This document shows, in pieces, positions 10,717 through 20,493 of a DNA stretch of 64,000 bases. Source of the DNA: an uncultured Candidatus Rokubacteria bacterium (GTDB taxonomy: Bacteria; Methylomirabilota; Methylomirabilia; Rokubacteriales; CSP1-6); the NCBI GenBank assembly GCA_963762145.1, contig CAVXJS010000021.1, forward strand, positions 192,001 through 256,000. The letters run 5' to 3'. Every line of letters begins with the position of its first letter. Position 1 is the first letter of the stretch. The position numbers and the translations under genes are program-made. The notes below the pieces were generated by a model that saw nothing but the letters and a program-made list of their open reading frames with translations, was not told the DNA's origin and ran no database searches.

Positions 10717-10874
10717 ATAGGTTGGAATTATTAAATATATGGGAGCTATATCAGACACTTCCGAAGATCCAGCGAATCCGGGGGAAGACCACCCAGTGTT
10801 CCGGGCAGAGCTCAGGCGCCCCCGATAGGGACGAAGGCGATATGCGTGCGGGCACCGCCTCGCCCGCGCCTGTG

Positions 10875-10880
10875 TATAAT
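10875..10880 (+). promoter_or_regulatory. Candidate -10 box for mazG
   Basis: Perfect TATAAT 26 nt before the mazG ATG in GC-rich context; no clear -35. Confidence 0.45.
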
Positions 10881-10906
10881 GCCGGTGCGACTCGACGACT
10901 GTCCCA

Positions 10907-11716
10907 ATGGCTGACGCCGCCGGCACTCGCTTCGTCTCCCTCCTCTCCCTCATGGCTCGCCTCAGGGCCGAAGGTGGTTGCCCATGGGACCGCGAGCAGA
11001 CCCGGACCTCTCTTCGCCCCTATGTCATAGAGGAGGCGTACGAGGTCGTCCACGCCATCGATGAGGGCTCGCGGGATCACCTCGTGGAAGAGCTCGGGGA
11101 TCTGCTGTTCCAGGTCGTCTTCCACAGTCAGATCGGGACCGAGGCCGGGGAGTTCACGATGGATGACGTCCTGCAGCGGGTCTGCGACAAGATGACCCGC
11201 CGGCACCCGCACGTGTTCGGAGGCGACGCGGTGGCCGATTCGCGGGAGGCCCTCGCCCAGTGGGAGCGAATCAAGCGGGAGGAGGCCGGCTCGACCGGCT
11301 CCACCCTCGACGGGGTCCCCGCGTCGCTTCCGGCCTTGCTCCGCGCCCAGAAGCTCCAGAGCAAGGCGGCCCGCGTGGGCTTCGACTGGCCGAACTGGCA
11401 GGACGCGTGGAGCAAGGTGGGAGAGGAAGTGGGCGAAGTCCAGGAGGCGCTGATCGGCGGAGATGACGCCCGCGTCGCGGACGAGCTCGGTGATTTGCTG
11501 TTTTCGATCGTCAATGTGGCGCGGCTACGGGGCATGGATGCCGAGGACTGCCTGCGCCGAGCCTCCGAGAAGTTCACCCGACGCTTCGGGAAGGTGGAGA
11601 CGGAGATGAAGGCGGGCGGCCGGACGGTCACTGAGGCATCTGCGGCAGACTTGGATCGAGCCTGGGAAGCGGTCAAGGCGCAAGAGGATCAGAGCCCCGA
11701 ATCGAGGGTGCGGTGA
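10907..11716 (+). CDS. mazG: Nucleoside triphosphate pyrophosphohydrolase MazG
   Basis: GCPWDREQT, EEAYEV, EELGDLLFQVVFH, RRHPHVF, second domain ELGDLLFSIVN. Confidence 0.95.
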   Translation: MADAAGTRFVSLLSLMARLRAEGGCPWDREQTRTSLRPYVIEEAYEVVHAIDEGSRDHLVEELGDLLFQVVFHSQIGTEAGEFTMDDVLQRVCDKMTRRHPHVFGGDAVADSREALAQWERIKREEAGSTGSTLDGVPASLPALLRAQKLQSKAARVGFDWPNWQDAWSKVGEEVGEVQEALIGGDDARVADELGDLLFSIVNVARLRGMDAEDCLRRASEKFTRRFGKVETEMKAGGRTVTEASAADLDRAWEAVKAQEDQSPESRVR

Positions 11717-12252
11717 TGAAGTGCAAGATCGGCAAGACGACCGTCATCGTCGAGCGGGGAGATATCACGGAGGCCGAGGTCGACGCGGTGGTCAACGCCG
11801 CCAACGCGGAGCTGTGGATGGGCGCCGGCGTCGCCGGGGCGCTCAAGCGCAAGGGCGGCGTGGTCATCGAGGAGGATGCGATCCGGCAGGGACCGGTGGA
11901 GGTCGGGGAGGCGGTGCTGACGGTCGCCGGGAACCTGGCAGCGACTCACGTCATTCACGCGGTGACCATGGGGAAGGACCTCAAGTCGGACCCCGGGAAC
12001 ATCACGGCCGCCACCCGGGCGACCCTGGCCATCGCCGAGAAGCACAAGCTGTCTTCCCTCGCGTTTCCGGCCCTGGGGAGCGGAGTGGGCGGGATCCCGG
12101 CGGCCCAGTCCGCCGACGCGATGCTGACCACGGTGGTCGAGCACGTCAAGCGCGGGCCCTCGAGCCTGGAGAAGGTGCTCTTCGTGCTGTACGAGGACCA
12201 GGCCGAGAAGGCCTTCAGCGACGTCCTCAGGCGGCTCGGCGGGGTACGCTAG
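11716..12252 (+). CDS. Macro domain protein (O-acetyl-ADP-ribose deacetylase-like)
   Basis: GDITEAEVDAVVNAAN, GAGVAGAL, VIHAV, AFPALGSGVGG. Confidence 0.92.
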   Translation: MKCKIGKTTVIVERGDITEAEVDAVVNAANAELWMGAGVAGALKRKGGVVIEEDAIRQGPVEVGEAVLTVAGNLAATHVIHAVTMGKDLKSDPGNITAATRATLAIAEKHKLSSLAFPALGSGVGGIPAAQSADAMLTTVVEHVKRGPSSLEKVLFVLYEDQAEKAFSDVLRRLGGVR

Positions 12253-12435
12253 CCCTCATTTCGCGCACTGGAGCTACATCCGGTGTGGGATACCCGCGTT
12301 GAAGCCGCCCGGTCCTCTTCCTGGACCTCAGCCATTAAGGGGTTGCTAAAACCACGCTGGGCTAGAATGGCTTGTCGCCACTGGTGACCGGCCCCGGCCG
12401 GACATCCGTCGCGTCCGCAGGTTACCCTGGCAATC

Positions 12436-12451
12436 TGGAATGCAGGTTGCA
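12436..12451 (+). promoter_or_regulatory. sigma54 -24/-12 promoter upstream of pilT
   Basis: TGGAAT-GCAGG-TTGCA, GG-N10-GC spacing. Confidence 0.6.
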
Positions 12452-12511
12452 TGCGCCTTGAGGGGCCCTGGGGCATACACTCAGGTCTTATAGGGAGGTT
12501 CAAGGGAACCA

Positions 12512-13641
12512 ATGGCGGCCACGATGCACGACCTGCTGACTTTGATGATCGAGCGTGGGGCATCCGACCTCCACGTCACGACGGGCACCCACCCGCAGAT
12601 CCGGCTCAACGGTAAGCTCACGCCGATCAGCCAGTTCGAGCCCTTGAGCCCGACCGATACGCAGCGGCTGGCCTATAGCGTCCTCAACGAAGGCCAGAAG
12701 CAGAAGTTCGAGGAAGAGAACGAGCTGGACCTGTCGTTCGGCATCCACGGCCTCGCTCGCTTCCGGTGCAACGTCTACCGTCAGCGAGGCGCAGTGGCCT
12801 GCGCCATCCGCGTCATCCCGGTGAAGATCCGGACCTTCGACGAGCTGGGACTCCCCGCGATCGTCGAGCAGATGGCCGACCGGCCCAAGGGCCTGATCCT
12901 GGTCACCGGCCCCACCGGATCCGGAAAGTCCACGACCCTGGCCGCGATGGTGGACAAGGTCAACTCCGAGCGCTCGGAACACATCGTCACCATCGAGGAC
13001 CCGATCGAGTTCGTGCACCAGCACAAGAAGTGCATGGTGAACCAGCGCGAGGTGTTCTCGGACACCCACTCGTTCAAGAACGCACTGAAGTCGATCCTGC
13101 GGCAGGACCCCGACGTCGTGCTCGTCGGCGAGATGCGGGACCTCGAGACCATCTCGGCGGCGCTGACCATCGCGGAGACCGGCCACCTGACGCTCGGCAC
13201 GCTCCACACCAACTCCTGCGCTCAGACCATCAACCGGATCATCGACGTCTTCCCCACCAGCCAGCAGGCGCAGGTGCGCGCCCAGCTCTCCCTGGTGCTC
13301 GAAGGCGTACTCTCGCAGCAATTCGATCCCGACCGCGGATGGGCGGGGCCGGGCCATGTCGCTGGAGATCATGGTCGCCACTCCCGCGATCCGGAACCTG
13401 ATCCGCGAGGAGAAGATCCACCAGATCTATTCCGCCATGCAGGCGGGCCAGAAGTTCGGCATGCAGACCATGAACCAGTCGCTGGCCGAGCTGGTGCAGA
13501 AGCGCCGCATCAGCCGGGAAGAGGCGATGAACCGCAGCACGCTGCCCGAAGAGCTGGCGGGACTGCTCGGGACCGCGCCGGCCGCCGCCGCGGGCGCCCC
13601 CGCCGCGGTCGCGGGCGGCTCTCCGATTCGGCAGACGGTAG
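12512..13641 (+). CDS. pilT: Type IV pilus retraction ATPase PilT (frameshifted near 13324; 3' end approximate)
   Basis: GASDLH, GPTGSGKSTT, TIEDPIE, LRQDPDVVLVGEMRD, GTLHT; AIRNLIRE and GMQTMNQSL continue in the 13356 frame. Confidence 0.9.
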
Positions 13642-13662
13642 TCCACCGGGGAGGCTTATACG

Positions 13663-14869
13663 ATGGCTGTCTTCGTCTATCAGGGTCGCACCGCCAGTGG
13701 AAACCAGAACGGGCGAGATCGAGGCGCGCCGACCGCTCGGCGCGGTGGGAGAGCTTCGCCGCCGCGCCATTCTCGTCACCAAGATCGCGGAGAAGACGGC
13801 GCCGAAGGTGCCGTCCAAGTTCGGCGGCAAGGTCAAGGACAAGGAGATGGCGATCTTCACCCGCCAGTTCTCCACCATGATCGACGCCGGCCTTCCGCTC
13901 GTGCAATGCCTCAACATTCTCGCCGAGCAGAGCGAGTCGAAGAACGCTCCGCGAGCGTGACCGGGCAGCGTCGCCCGGTCACGTCGAGGAGGGCTCGACC
14001 CTCGCCGACGCCGCTGAGGCGCCACCCGCGGACATTCGACGACCTCTTCACCAACCTCGTCGAGGTGGGCGAGGCCGGCGGTATCCTCGACGTCGTCCTC
14101 CAGCGCCTGGCCGCCTACATCGAGAAGGCGGCGGCCCTCAAGCGCAAGGTCAAGGCCGCGATGGTCTACCCCTGCGCCATCATCGGCGTCGCGCTTCTCG
14201 TCGTCATCTTCATGCTGACCTTCGTCATCCCGACGTTCGCCCAGATGTTCAAGGATCTCGGCGCCGATCTTCCGCTGCCCACGAAGATCGTCATCGATCC
14301 TTTCGGACTTCGTGCGCAGCTACATCCTCCTGATCATCGCGGGGATGATCGGCGCGGTCATGGCCCTGCGTTCGTATTACCGAACCGAGGGCGGGCGCGC
14401 CACCATCGACGCGCTCATGCTCAAGCTACCCGTCTTCGGCACCCTCGTGCGCAAGGTCGCGGTGGCCCGCTTCACCCGGACGCTCGGCACCCTCGTCCAG
14501 TCCGGCGTGCCGATCCTGGACGGCCTGCGGATCACCGCCCGGACCGCGGGCAACAAGGTAGTGGAGAAAGCGGTGCTGCAGTGCCGGGCCGCGGTCACGG
14601 AAGGTAAGACCCTGGCCGACCCGCTGCGCACCTCCGGGGTGTTCCCGCCGATGGTGACCCAGATGATCTCGGTCGGCGAGCAGACGGGCGCCCTCGACGC
14701 GATGCTGAGCAAGATCGCCGACTTCTATGACGACGAGGTGGACACCGCGGTCAGCACGCTGACCTCGCTGCTGGAGCCGATCATGATCGTGTTCCTCGGC
14801 GTGGTGGTCGGCGGCCTCGTCGTGGCCATGTACCTGCCGATCTTCAAACTGGTCACGCTGGTCAAGTAG
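13663..14869 (+). CDS. pilC: Type IV pilus platform protein PilC (several frameshifts)
   Basis: Pieces in different frames: FTRQFSTMIDAGLPL, VGEAGGILD, AMVYP, ARFTRTLGTL, VGEQTGALDAML, AMYLPIF. Confidence 0.88.
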
Positions 14870-14884
14870 TCCGAGAGCTGCTGG

Positions 14885-16529
14885 TTGCCCAAGTCGCCCG
14901 CGCTCCGTTCGTCCCTCTGGGGGCTGAACCGGGCGCGACTGCTCACGGCCGCCATCGTGCTGGCGGTCGGGGCTCTCCTCCGATTCACGGAGGCGTTCCC
15001 ATACGCCTTCAGCACGTTCGCGATGGTGGTGCTCGGGGGCGTCGCGGCCTGCCTCGTGCTCCCGCTGGCGGAGCGCCGGGGCGTGCCGCTCGAGCGGATC
15101 GCGTGGTTCCAGTTCGGCCTGGACGCGATCCTCATCACGGGTATCGTCACCGCCACCGGCGGGCCGCAATCGGTCTTCATCTCGCTCTACGTGCTCCTCG
15201 TGGTGGCCTCCTGCTTCGTGCTGTCCGGCCGGGGAGGCCTCATGGTCGCGGGAATCTGCAGTCTCCTCTATGTGCTGCCGGTCGTGGGCCGGACGATCTT
15301 GCCGATGCTGAAGATGGGCGCCCCCTCCGAGAACACCGCGCTCGAGATCTTGACCGTCTTCATGAACGCGGGGGTACTGCTCGCGGTCGCGGTGGTCACC
15401 GGAGCTCTCGCGGAGCGCTATCACGAGCTGCAGGAGCACATGGAGGATCAGCGGAAGCACCTGTCCGACCTGCAGGCCTTCCGGGACCTCATCTTCGAAT
15501 CGGTGGGATCGGGGCTCGTCGGCGTGGATCCGAGCGGCCGGGTGACCGCGTTCAACCGGGCCGCCGAATCGATCACTGGAGTGCGGGCGCAGGATGCGGT
15601 GGACCAAGGGTGGGAAACGATCTTCGGTGACGGAGTCGATCTGGCCGAGGTGAGCCGTGCCGTCTCGGACGGAAGCGAGCCCGCCCCGCGCTACGAGTTC
15701 CGCCTCCGCCGGCGCGACGGCCAGGAGGTTCCGGTCGGTATCTCGTTCTGGTCGCTTCGCTCCGGTACCGGCGACGTGGCCGGGCTCATCGGCGTCTGCC
15801 AGGATCTCTCCAGCATCAAGCAGATGGAGCAGCGCATGCGCCAGGCGGATCGGCTGGCCGCGGTCGGGCGCCTCTCGGCCAACATGGCGCACGAGATCCG
15901 GAACCCGCTGGCGTCGATCTCGGGAGCGGTTGAGGCCCTCGCCCAGCGATCTGCCCCCCGACAGCACCCGGAGCCAGCTCGTCGAGATCGTGCTCCGGGA
16001 GTCGGCGCGGCTCAACCAGATCGTCGGGGACTTCCTCGAGTACGCGCGCCCGGCCCCGATGGCCGCGATCGAGATCAACATGGCCGAGATCTTCGACGAG
16101 GTGCTGCTCCTCATCGAGCACCGGACGCTGCCCGCCAACCTGAAGGTCTCCCGAGAGTACGGCGAGTCGCTGCCGACGCGGGCCGATCCCCAGCGACTAC
16201 GGCAGGCGGTATGGAATCTTTGCCTCAACGCGGTTCAGGCGATGCCCGACGGCGGTGAGCTCCGGGTCGGAGCGCAGTCGCTCCGCGAGCGCGGAGGGCG
16301 CCTCCAGATCTCGATCACCGACACCGGCCAGGGAATCGCGGAGACCGACCTGCCGCACATATTCGAGCCATTCTTCTCGACGAAGCCGGAGGGCAGCGGA
16401 ATCGGCCTGGCTCTCGTCTATCGGGTCGTCGAAGAACATGGGGGCTCGATCGAGGTGCGGAGCCGCGTGGGCGAGGGCACCACCTTCGTCCTCACGCTGC
16501 CCGCTCCGGAAGGGGCTGCCCGCAGATGA
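14885..16529 (+). CDS. pilS: Sensor histidine kinase PilS (frameshift near 15945)
   Basis: N-terminal TM segments, PAS-like region, H-box MAHEIRNPL; HATPase NLCLNAVQAM, DTGQG, FEPFFSTK, GSGIGL in a second frame. Confidence 0.88.
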
Positions 16530-16587
16530 GCCCGAACAGCATCCTGACGCGGGGGGCCGGAAGCCGGCGCCGCGAGACGAGGCGGAT

Positions 16588-17985
16588 ATGAGTGAACCAC
16601 GGGTTCTGGTGGTGGACGACGAGAAGAGCATGCGCGACCTGCTGGCCATCACGCTCCAGAAGGCGGGCTACGAGGTGACGCTCGCCGAAGGCGGGGCCGC
16701 CGCGATGGAAGCGATCCGCCGAGATCCGTTCGACGCGATCATCACCGATCTGCGCATGCCGAAGGTGGACGGGCTCCAGGTGCTGCGATGCGCGAAGGAT
16801 CTCTCCCCCGATACCGCGGTCATCATGGTGACCGCGATGGCCTCGACCGAGACCGCGGTGGAGGCGATGAAGCTCGGCGCCTACGACTACATCACCAAAC
16901 CGTTCAAGCTCGACGAAGTCAACCTCATCATCAAGAATGCCCTCGAGCGAAAGCAGCTGCGCGCCGAGAACCAGTATCTCCGGAAGCAGCTGGAGACCCA
17001 GCACCGCTTCGAGAACATCATCGGGAAGAGTGGCCGGATGGTCGAGATGTTCGACACCATCCGCAAGATCGCGGACAGCCCTTCCACGGTCATGATCACG
17101 GGGGAGAGCGGCACCGGCAAGGAGCTCGTCGCCCGCGCGATTCACTTCAACAGCCATCGTCGCGACAAGCCCTTCGTCTCCGTCAACTGCGGGGCCATCC
17201 CCGAGGGCCTGATGGAGTCCGAGCTCTTCGGGCACGTGAAGGGGGCGTTCACCGGCGCGGTGGCGAACAAGATCGGCCTCTTCAGCGCCGCCGAGGGAGG
17301 CACCCTGTTCCTCGACGAGATCACGGAGATCCCTGCCCTGCTGCAGGTGAAGCTGTTGCGGGCCATCCAGGTGCGCGAGATCCGGCGGGTCGGTGACACG
17401 CGGGACGTGAAGACCGACGTGCGGCTCATCGCGGCGTCCAATCGCGATCTCGAGACGGCGGTCCGGGACGGGGTGATGCGGGAGGATCTGTTCTACCGCC
17501 TCAACGTGCTCCCCATCCATCTCCCGCCCTTGCGTGAGCGTCGCGAGGACATTCCGCTGCTCATCGCCCACTTCCTCCAGAAGTTCAGCAAGGATCTGGG
17601 CAAGGACGTGCGCGGGGTCGCCCCGGACGCGCTGTCGGTGCTGGAGCGATACCACTGGCCCGGCAACATCCGCGAGCTGGAGAACGTGCTCGAGCGCGCC
17701 GTCGTGCTCGGGGCTGGAGACATGCTGACCGCCGAAGCCCTACCCGAGTCCGTGCGCCGCGAGCGCCCGAGCCGGGGGCCCGAGCTGGTTGACATCCCCG
17801 ATGAGGGCTTGGACCTCGAGACGACCCTTGACGACCTGGAACGCCGCTATCTGCAGCGGGCCCTCGACCGCACCGGCGGCGTGCAGACCAAGGCCGCCGA
17901 GCTCCTTCGCATGACCTTCCGGCAGTTCCGCTACAAGCTACAGAAGCATAGCCTCGCGAAGCGTGGGGCGCCCGGAGACGAATGA
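16588..17985 (+). CDS. pilR: sigma54-dependent response regulator PilR (NtrC family)
   Basis: REC domain (VVDDE, TDLRMP), GESGTGKE, GAFTGA, FYRLNV, WPGNIRELEN, Fis-type HTH; lies between pilS and pilA. Confidence 0.92.
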   Translation: MSEPRVLVVDDEKSMRDLLAITLQKAGYEVTLAEGGAAAMEAIRRDPFDAIITDLRMPKVDGLQVLRCAKDLSPDTAVIMVTAMASTETAVEAMKLGAYDYITKPFKLDEVNLIIKNALERKQLRAENQYLRKQLETQHRFENIIGKSGRMVEMFDTIRKIADSPSTVMITGESGTGKELVARAIHFNSHRRDKPFVSVNCGAIPEGLMESELFGHVKGAFTGAVANKIGLFSAAEGGTLFLDEITEIPALLQVKLLRAIQVREIRRVGDTRDVKTDVRLIAASNRDLETAVRDGVMREDLFYRLNVLPIHLPPLRERREDIPLLIAHFLQKFSKDLGKDVRGVAPDALSVLERYHWPGNIRELENVLERAVVLGAGDMLTAEALPESVRRERPSRGPELVDIPDEGLDLETTLDDLERRYLQRALDRTGGVQTKAAELLRMTFRQFRYKLQKHSLAKRGAPGDE

Positions 17986-18171
17986 CATTCCTCGTCGACG
18001 TGGTTACGCCCGTCGTCAAAGCGCAATCGGGCTGACAGCGTCGACGACGCTGGACCGTGCGCGGGGTCCAAGCCAGCTTTATACATAGATTCAGGTGGTT
18101 AGGTTCTGGCTTGGCTTTTTGCCGCCTTGTCAGGACTGTCAGACTTCTGACGGCCCCCCCCCGGAACGTCG

Positions 18172-18188
18172 TGGCACCGAAGATGCAA
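18172..18188 (+). promoter_or_regulatory. sigma54 promoter of first pilA
   Basis: TGGCAC-CGAAG-ATGCAA. Confidence 0.8.
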
Positions 18189-18262
18189 TCTCCCTCTGCC
18201 AGAAGCAATTCAACTTTCCATACTCGGCCGTAAAAGGCCACTAGGGTTCAGGAGGAATTGAA

Positions 18263-18667
18263 ATGAACAGGTTCTGGAACCGGAAGCGGAAGATGCTGGG
18301 CAACCAGCGCGGCTTCACGCTCATCGAGTTGATGATCGTCGTCGCCATCATCGGTATCCTCGCTGCCATCGCCATCCCGCTGTACGCCAACGTCCAGGCG
18401 CGCGCGCGGCTGGCCAAGGCCCAGGCTGATGCCCGGGCCCTCGCGTCTGCCGTCAGCATCTACTCCGCTCACATGGGCACGCTCCCCGCGGCCCTGACCG
18501 CGCTGTCCACCGTGGTCACCAACTCGCTGGGTCAGTCGGGCGGTCCCTTCATGTCCTCGGTGCCCTCGGGTCCGGCCGGCTGGGGTACGTATGCCTACAC
18601 CGCCACGGCTTCCGGTACCTTCACCATCACCAACTCCGGTGACAGCACCAGCGTCTCGGTCCCGTAA
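18263..18667 (+). CDS. pilA: Type IVa major pilin, copy 1
   Basis: Class III signal QRG|FTLIELMIVVAIIGILAAIAIP; AGGAGG RBS. Confidence 0.93.
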   Translation: MNRFWNRKRKMLGNQRGFTLIELMIVVAIIGILAAIAIPLYANVQARARLAKAQADARALASAVSIYSAHMGTLPAALTALSTVVTNSLGQSGGPFMSSVPSGPAGWGTYAYTATASGTFTITNSGDSTSVSVP

Positions 18668-18697
18668 GGCCTAGGCGCAACGCAGTCCTAGCGGAAC

Positions 18698-18743
18698 CGA
18701 TCACGCGGGCGAGGCAACCCCTCCCCGCGTGATCGTCGTTTTT
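18698..18743 (+). terminator. Rho-independent terminator after first pilA
   Basis: CGATCACGCGGG...CCCGCGTGATCG then TCGTTTTT. Confidence 0.75.
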
Positions 18744-18854
18744 GATGCGTCCTCGTGTCGGTGCACCAACGCTGTCCGATGCTCCGGTGATGGCCTCGCC
18801 CTCTCCTGGCTGCTCAATCAGCCGCCCGGAAGGCGCCTTCGTACGATCCCCGCG

Positions 18855-18871
18855 TGGCACACGATGTGCAA
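18855..18871 (+). promoter_or_regulatory. sigma54 promoter of second pilA
   Basis: TGGCAC-ACGAT-GTGCAA. Confidence 0.75.
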
Positions 18872-18936
18872 ATGGTTGCGAGTGCGCCACGGGCGCGGGA
18901 TCAACATCTCAACCGGAAACAACGGAGGCAGAGTCC

Positions 18937-19341
18937 ATGACGAAGTTCTGGCACCGGCGGCACAAGCTGCTGCGCAACCAGCGCGGCTTCACGCTCATCG
19001 AGTTGATGATCGTCGTCGCCATCATCGGTATCCTCGCTGCCATCGCCATCCCGCTGTACGCCAACGTCCAGGCGCGCGCGCGGCTGGCCAAGGCCCAGGC
19101 TGATGCCCGGGCCCTCGCGTCTGCCGTCAGCATCTACTCCGCTCACATGGGCACGCTCCCCGCGGCCCTGACCGCGCTGTCCACCGTGGTCACCAACTCG
19201 CTGGGTCAGTCGGGCGGTCCCTTCCTGTCCTCCGTGCCCTCGGGTCCGTCTGGCTGGGGTACGTATGCCTACACCGCCACCGCTTCCGGTACCTTCACCA
19301 TCACCAACTCCGGTGACAGCACCAGCGTCTCGGTCCCGTAG
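18937..19341 (+). CDS. pilA: Type IVa major pilin, copy 2
   Basis: MTKFWHRRHKLLRNQRG|FTLIEL; GGAGG RBS; same length as copy 1. Confidence 0.93.
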   Translation: MTKFWHRRHKLLRNQRGFTLIELMIVVAIIGILAAIAIPLYANVQARARLAKAQADARALASAVSIYSAHMGTLPAALTALSTVVTNSLGQSGGPFLSSVPSGPSGWGTYAYTATASGTFTITNSGDSTSVSVP

Positions 19342-19362
19342 CGGCTCGAGCGCCGTGACCTC

Positions 19363-19404
19363 GCGGGGGAGGGAGCCGCACGCTCCCTCCCCCGCCTGTT
19401 TTCT
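19363..19404 (+). terminator. Rho-independent terminator after second pilA
   Basis: 14-bp stem GCGGGGGAGGGAGC / GCTCCCTCCCCCGC followed by CTGTTTTCT. Confidence 0.82.
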
Positions 19405-19515
19405 GGGGCCGCATTTCTTCGGACGGATCCGACCAGCGGCCGCCGTTATAGTTGAGAAGCGCGTGCACAACTACCTGGGCAATCTCGGCGGTCGCGATGA
19501 GCAAGGGGCTGGGCA

Positions 19516-20298
19516 GTGCTGAGCCCGGATGCCATTGCCCTGATCTTCATCGCGCTCCTTGGCCTCTGCGTTGGCAGCTTCCTCAACGTCGTCATCGCGC
19601 GAGTCCCGGAAGGCCGGAGCATCGTCTACCCCGGCTCGGCGTGCCCACGCTGCGGGAACTCGATCCCCTGGTACGACAACCTTCCGGTGCTCTCCTATGC
19701 GCTCCTTCAGGGGCGTTGTCGAAACTGCCGGGAGCCGATCTCGTGGCGCTATCCGGCGGTGGAGCTCGCATGTAGCCTCCTGTTCGTACTGGCCTATCAG
19801 CGCTTCGAGACCGGCACGGCTCTCGCGGCGGCCCTGATCCTCCTGGCCGGCCTTCTGGCGATCACGGCGATCGACCTGGATCACCAGATCATCCCGGACG
19901 TCCTCAGCCTGCCGGGGATCGCCCTGGGCGTCCTGTTCAGCCTCGCCCCGGGGGGGATCGGATGGGCACCTTCGCTTCTTGGTGTACTGCTCGGCGGCGG
20001 CGTCTTCGTGGTGATCATCGTCGCCAGCACGCTCGTGCTCGGACAGGCAGGCATGGGTGTCGGAGACGTCAAGCTCGGGGCCATGCTCGGGGCTTTCCTC
20101 GGCTGGAAGCTCGCCCTCCTGAGCATCCTGCTCTCGACACTTCTAGGAGGCCCGATGGCAGTGGCCCTCCTGGCCACCGGCCGGAAGAGCCGGAAGGATC
20201 CCATTCCGTTTGGGCCGTTTCTGGCTCTGGGCGGGCTGATCAGCCTCTTCTGGGGTGAGGCCCTGCTGGGGTGGTACTTCGCACAGTTCCAGGGCTGA
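19516..20298 (+). CDS. pilD: Prepilin peptidase / N-methyltransferase PilD
   Basis: GSFLNVVIAR, CPRC...CRNC zinc site, IDLDHQIIPD, GMGVGDVKL, IPFGPFL. Confidence 0.95.
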   Translation: MLSPDAIALIFIALLGLCVGSFLNVVIARVPEGRSIVYPGSACPRCGNSIPWYDNLPVLSYALLQGRCRNCREPISWRYPAVELACSLLFVLAYQRFETGTALAAALILLAGLLAITAIDLDHQIIPDVLSLPGIALGVLFSLAPGGIGWAPSLLGVLLGGGVFVVIIVASTLVLGQAGMGVGDVKLGAMLGAFLGWKLALLSILLSTLLGGPMAVALLATGRKSRKDPIPFGPFLALGGLISLFWGEALLGWYFAQFQG

Positions 20299-20480
20299 TT
20301 GCCGGTGTGACGGGCGTTGCAGGCTTGACGTCAGACCGTCGAGCGGGCTACAGCAAGCGTGGCCATCCAACGGAAATCGGCGCAGTTGGTCGGTTGGGGT
20401 GACACCCAGCGGCAGCCACATCCGGTGGTCTCTCAGGCCTTGCAGAATTCGGCGGAAGGGAGCCAGCCCTATCGATTCTC

Positions 20481-20493
20481 AACTAGCTGATTT
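20481..20493 (-). promoter_or_regulatory. IHF-like binding site
   Basis: Minus strand AATCAG-CTAG-TTG matches WATCAR-N4-TTR, about 90 nt upstream of a sigma54 promoter. Confidence 0.6.

Larger units (their letters stand above)
18300..19341 (+). repeat. Direct repeat: the two mature-pilin coding regions (offset 674 bp)
   Basis: 18300-18550 identical to 18974-19224; about five substitutions in the rest of the CDS. Confidence 0.95.

Noticed and set aside
10907-12252. MazG/macro pair as anti-phage or toxin-antitoxin system
   Set aside because: MazG is the ordinary two-domain housekeeping type and no toxin or ADP-ribosyltransferase is adjacent
12512-13960. Apparent PilT-PilC fusion
   Set aside because: Result of frameshifts; pilC has its own RBS and ATG at 13663
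18263-18667. Conductive e-pilin
   Set aside because: Full-length 117-aa pilin with modest aromatic content, not the truncated Geobacter type
18263-19341. Second pilin as a silent antigenic-variation cassette
   Set aside because: Both copies have a promoter, RBS, full leader and terminator, and differ by only two mature residues
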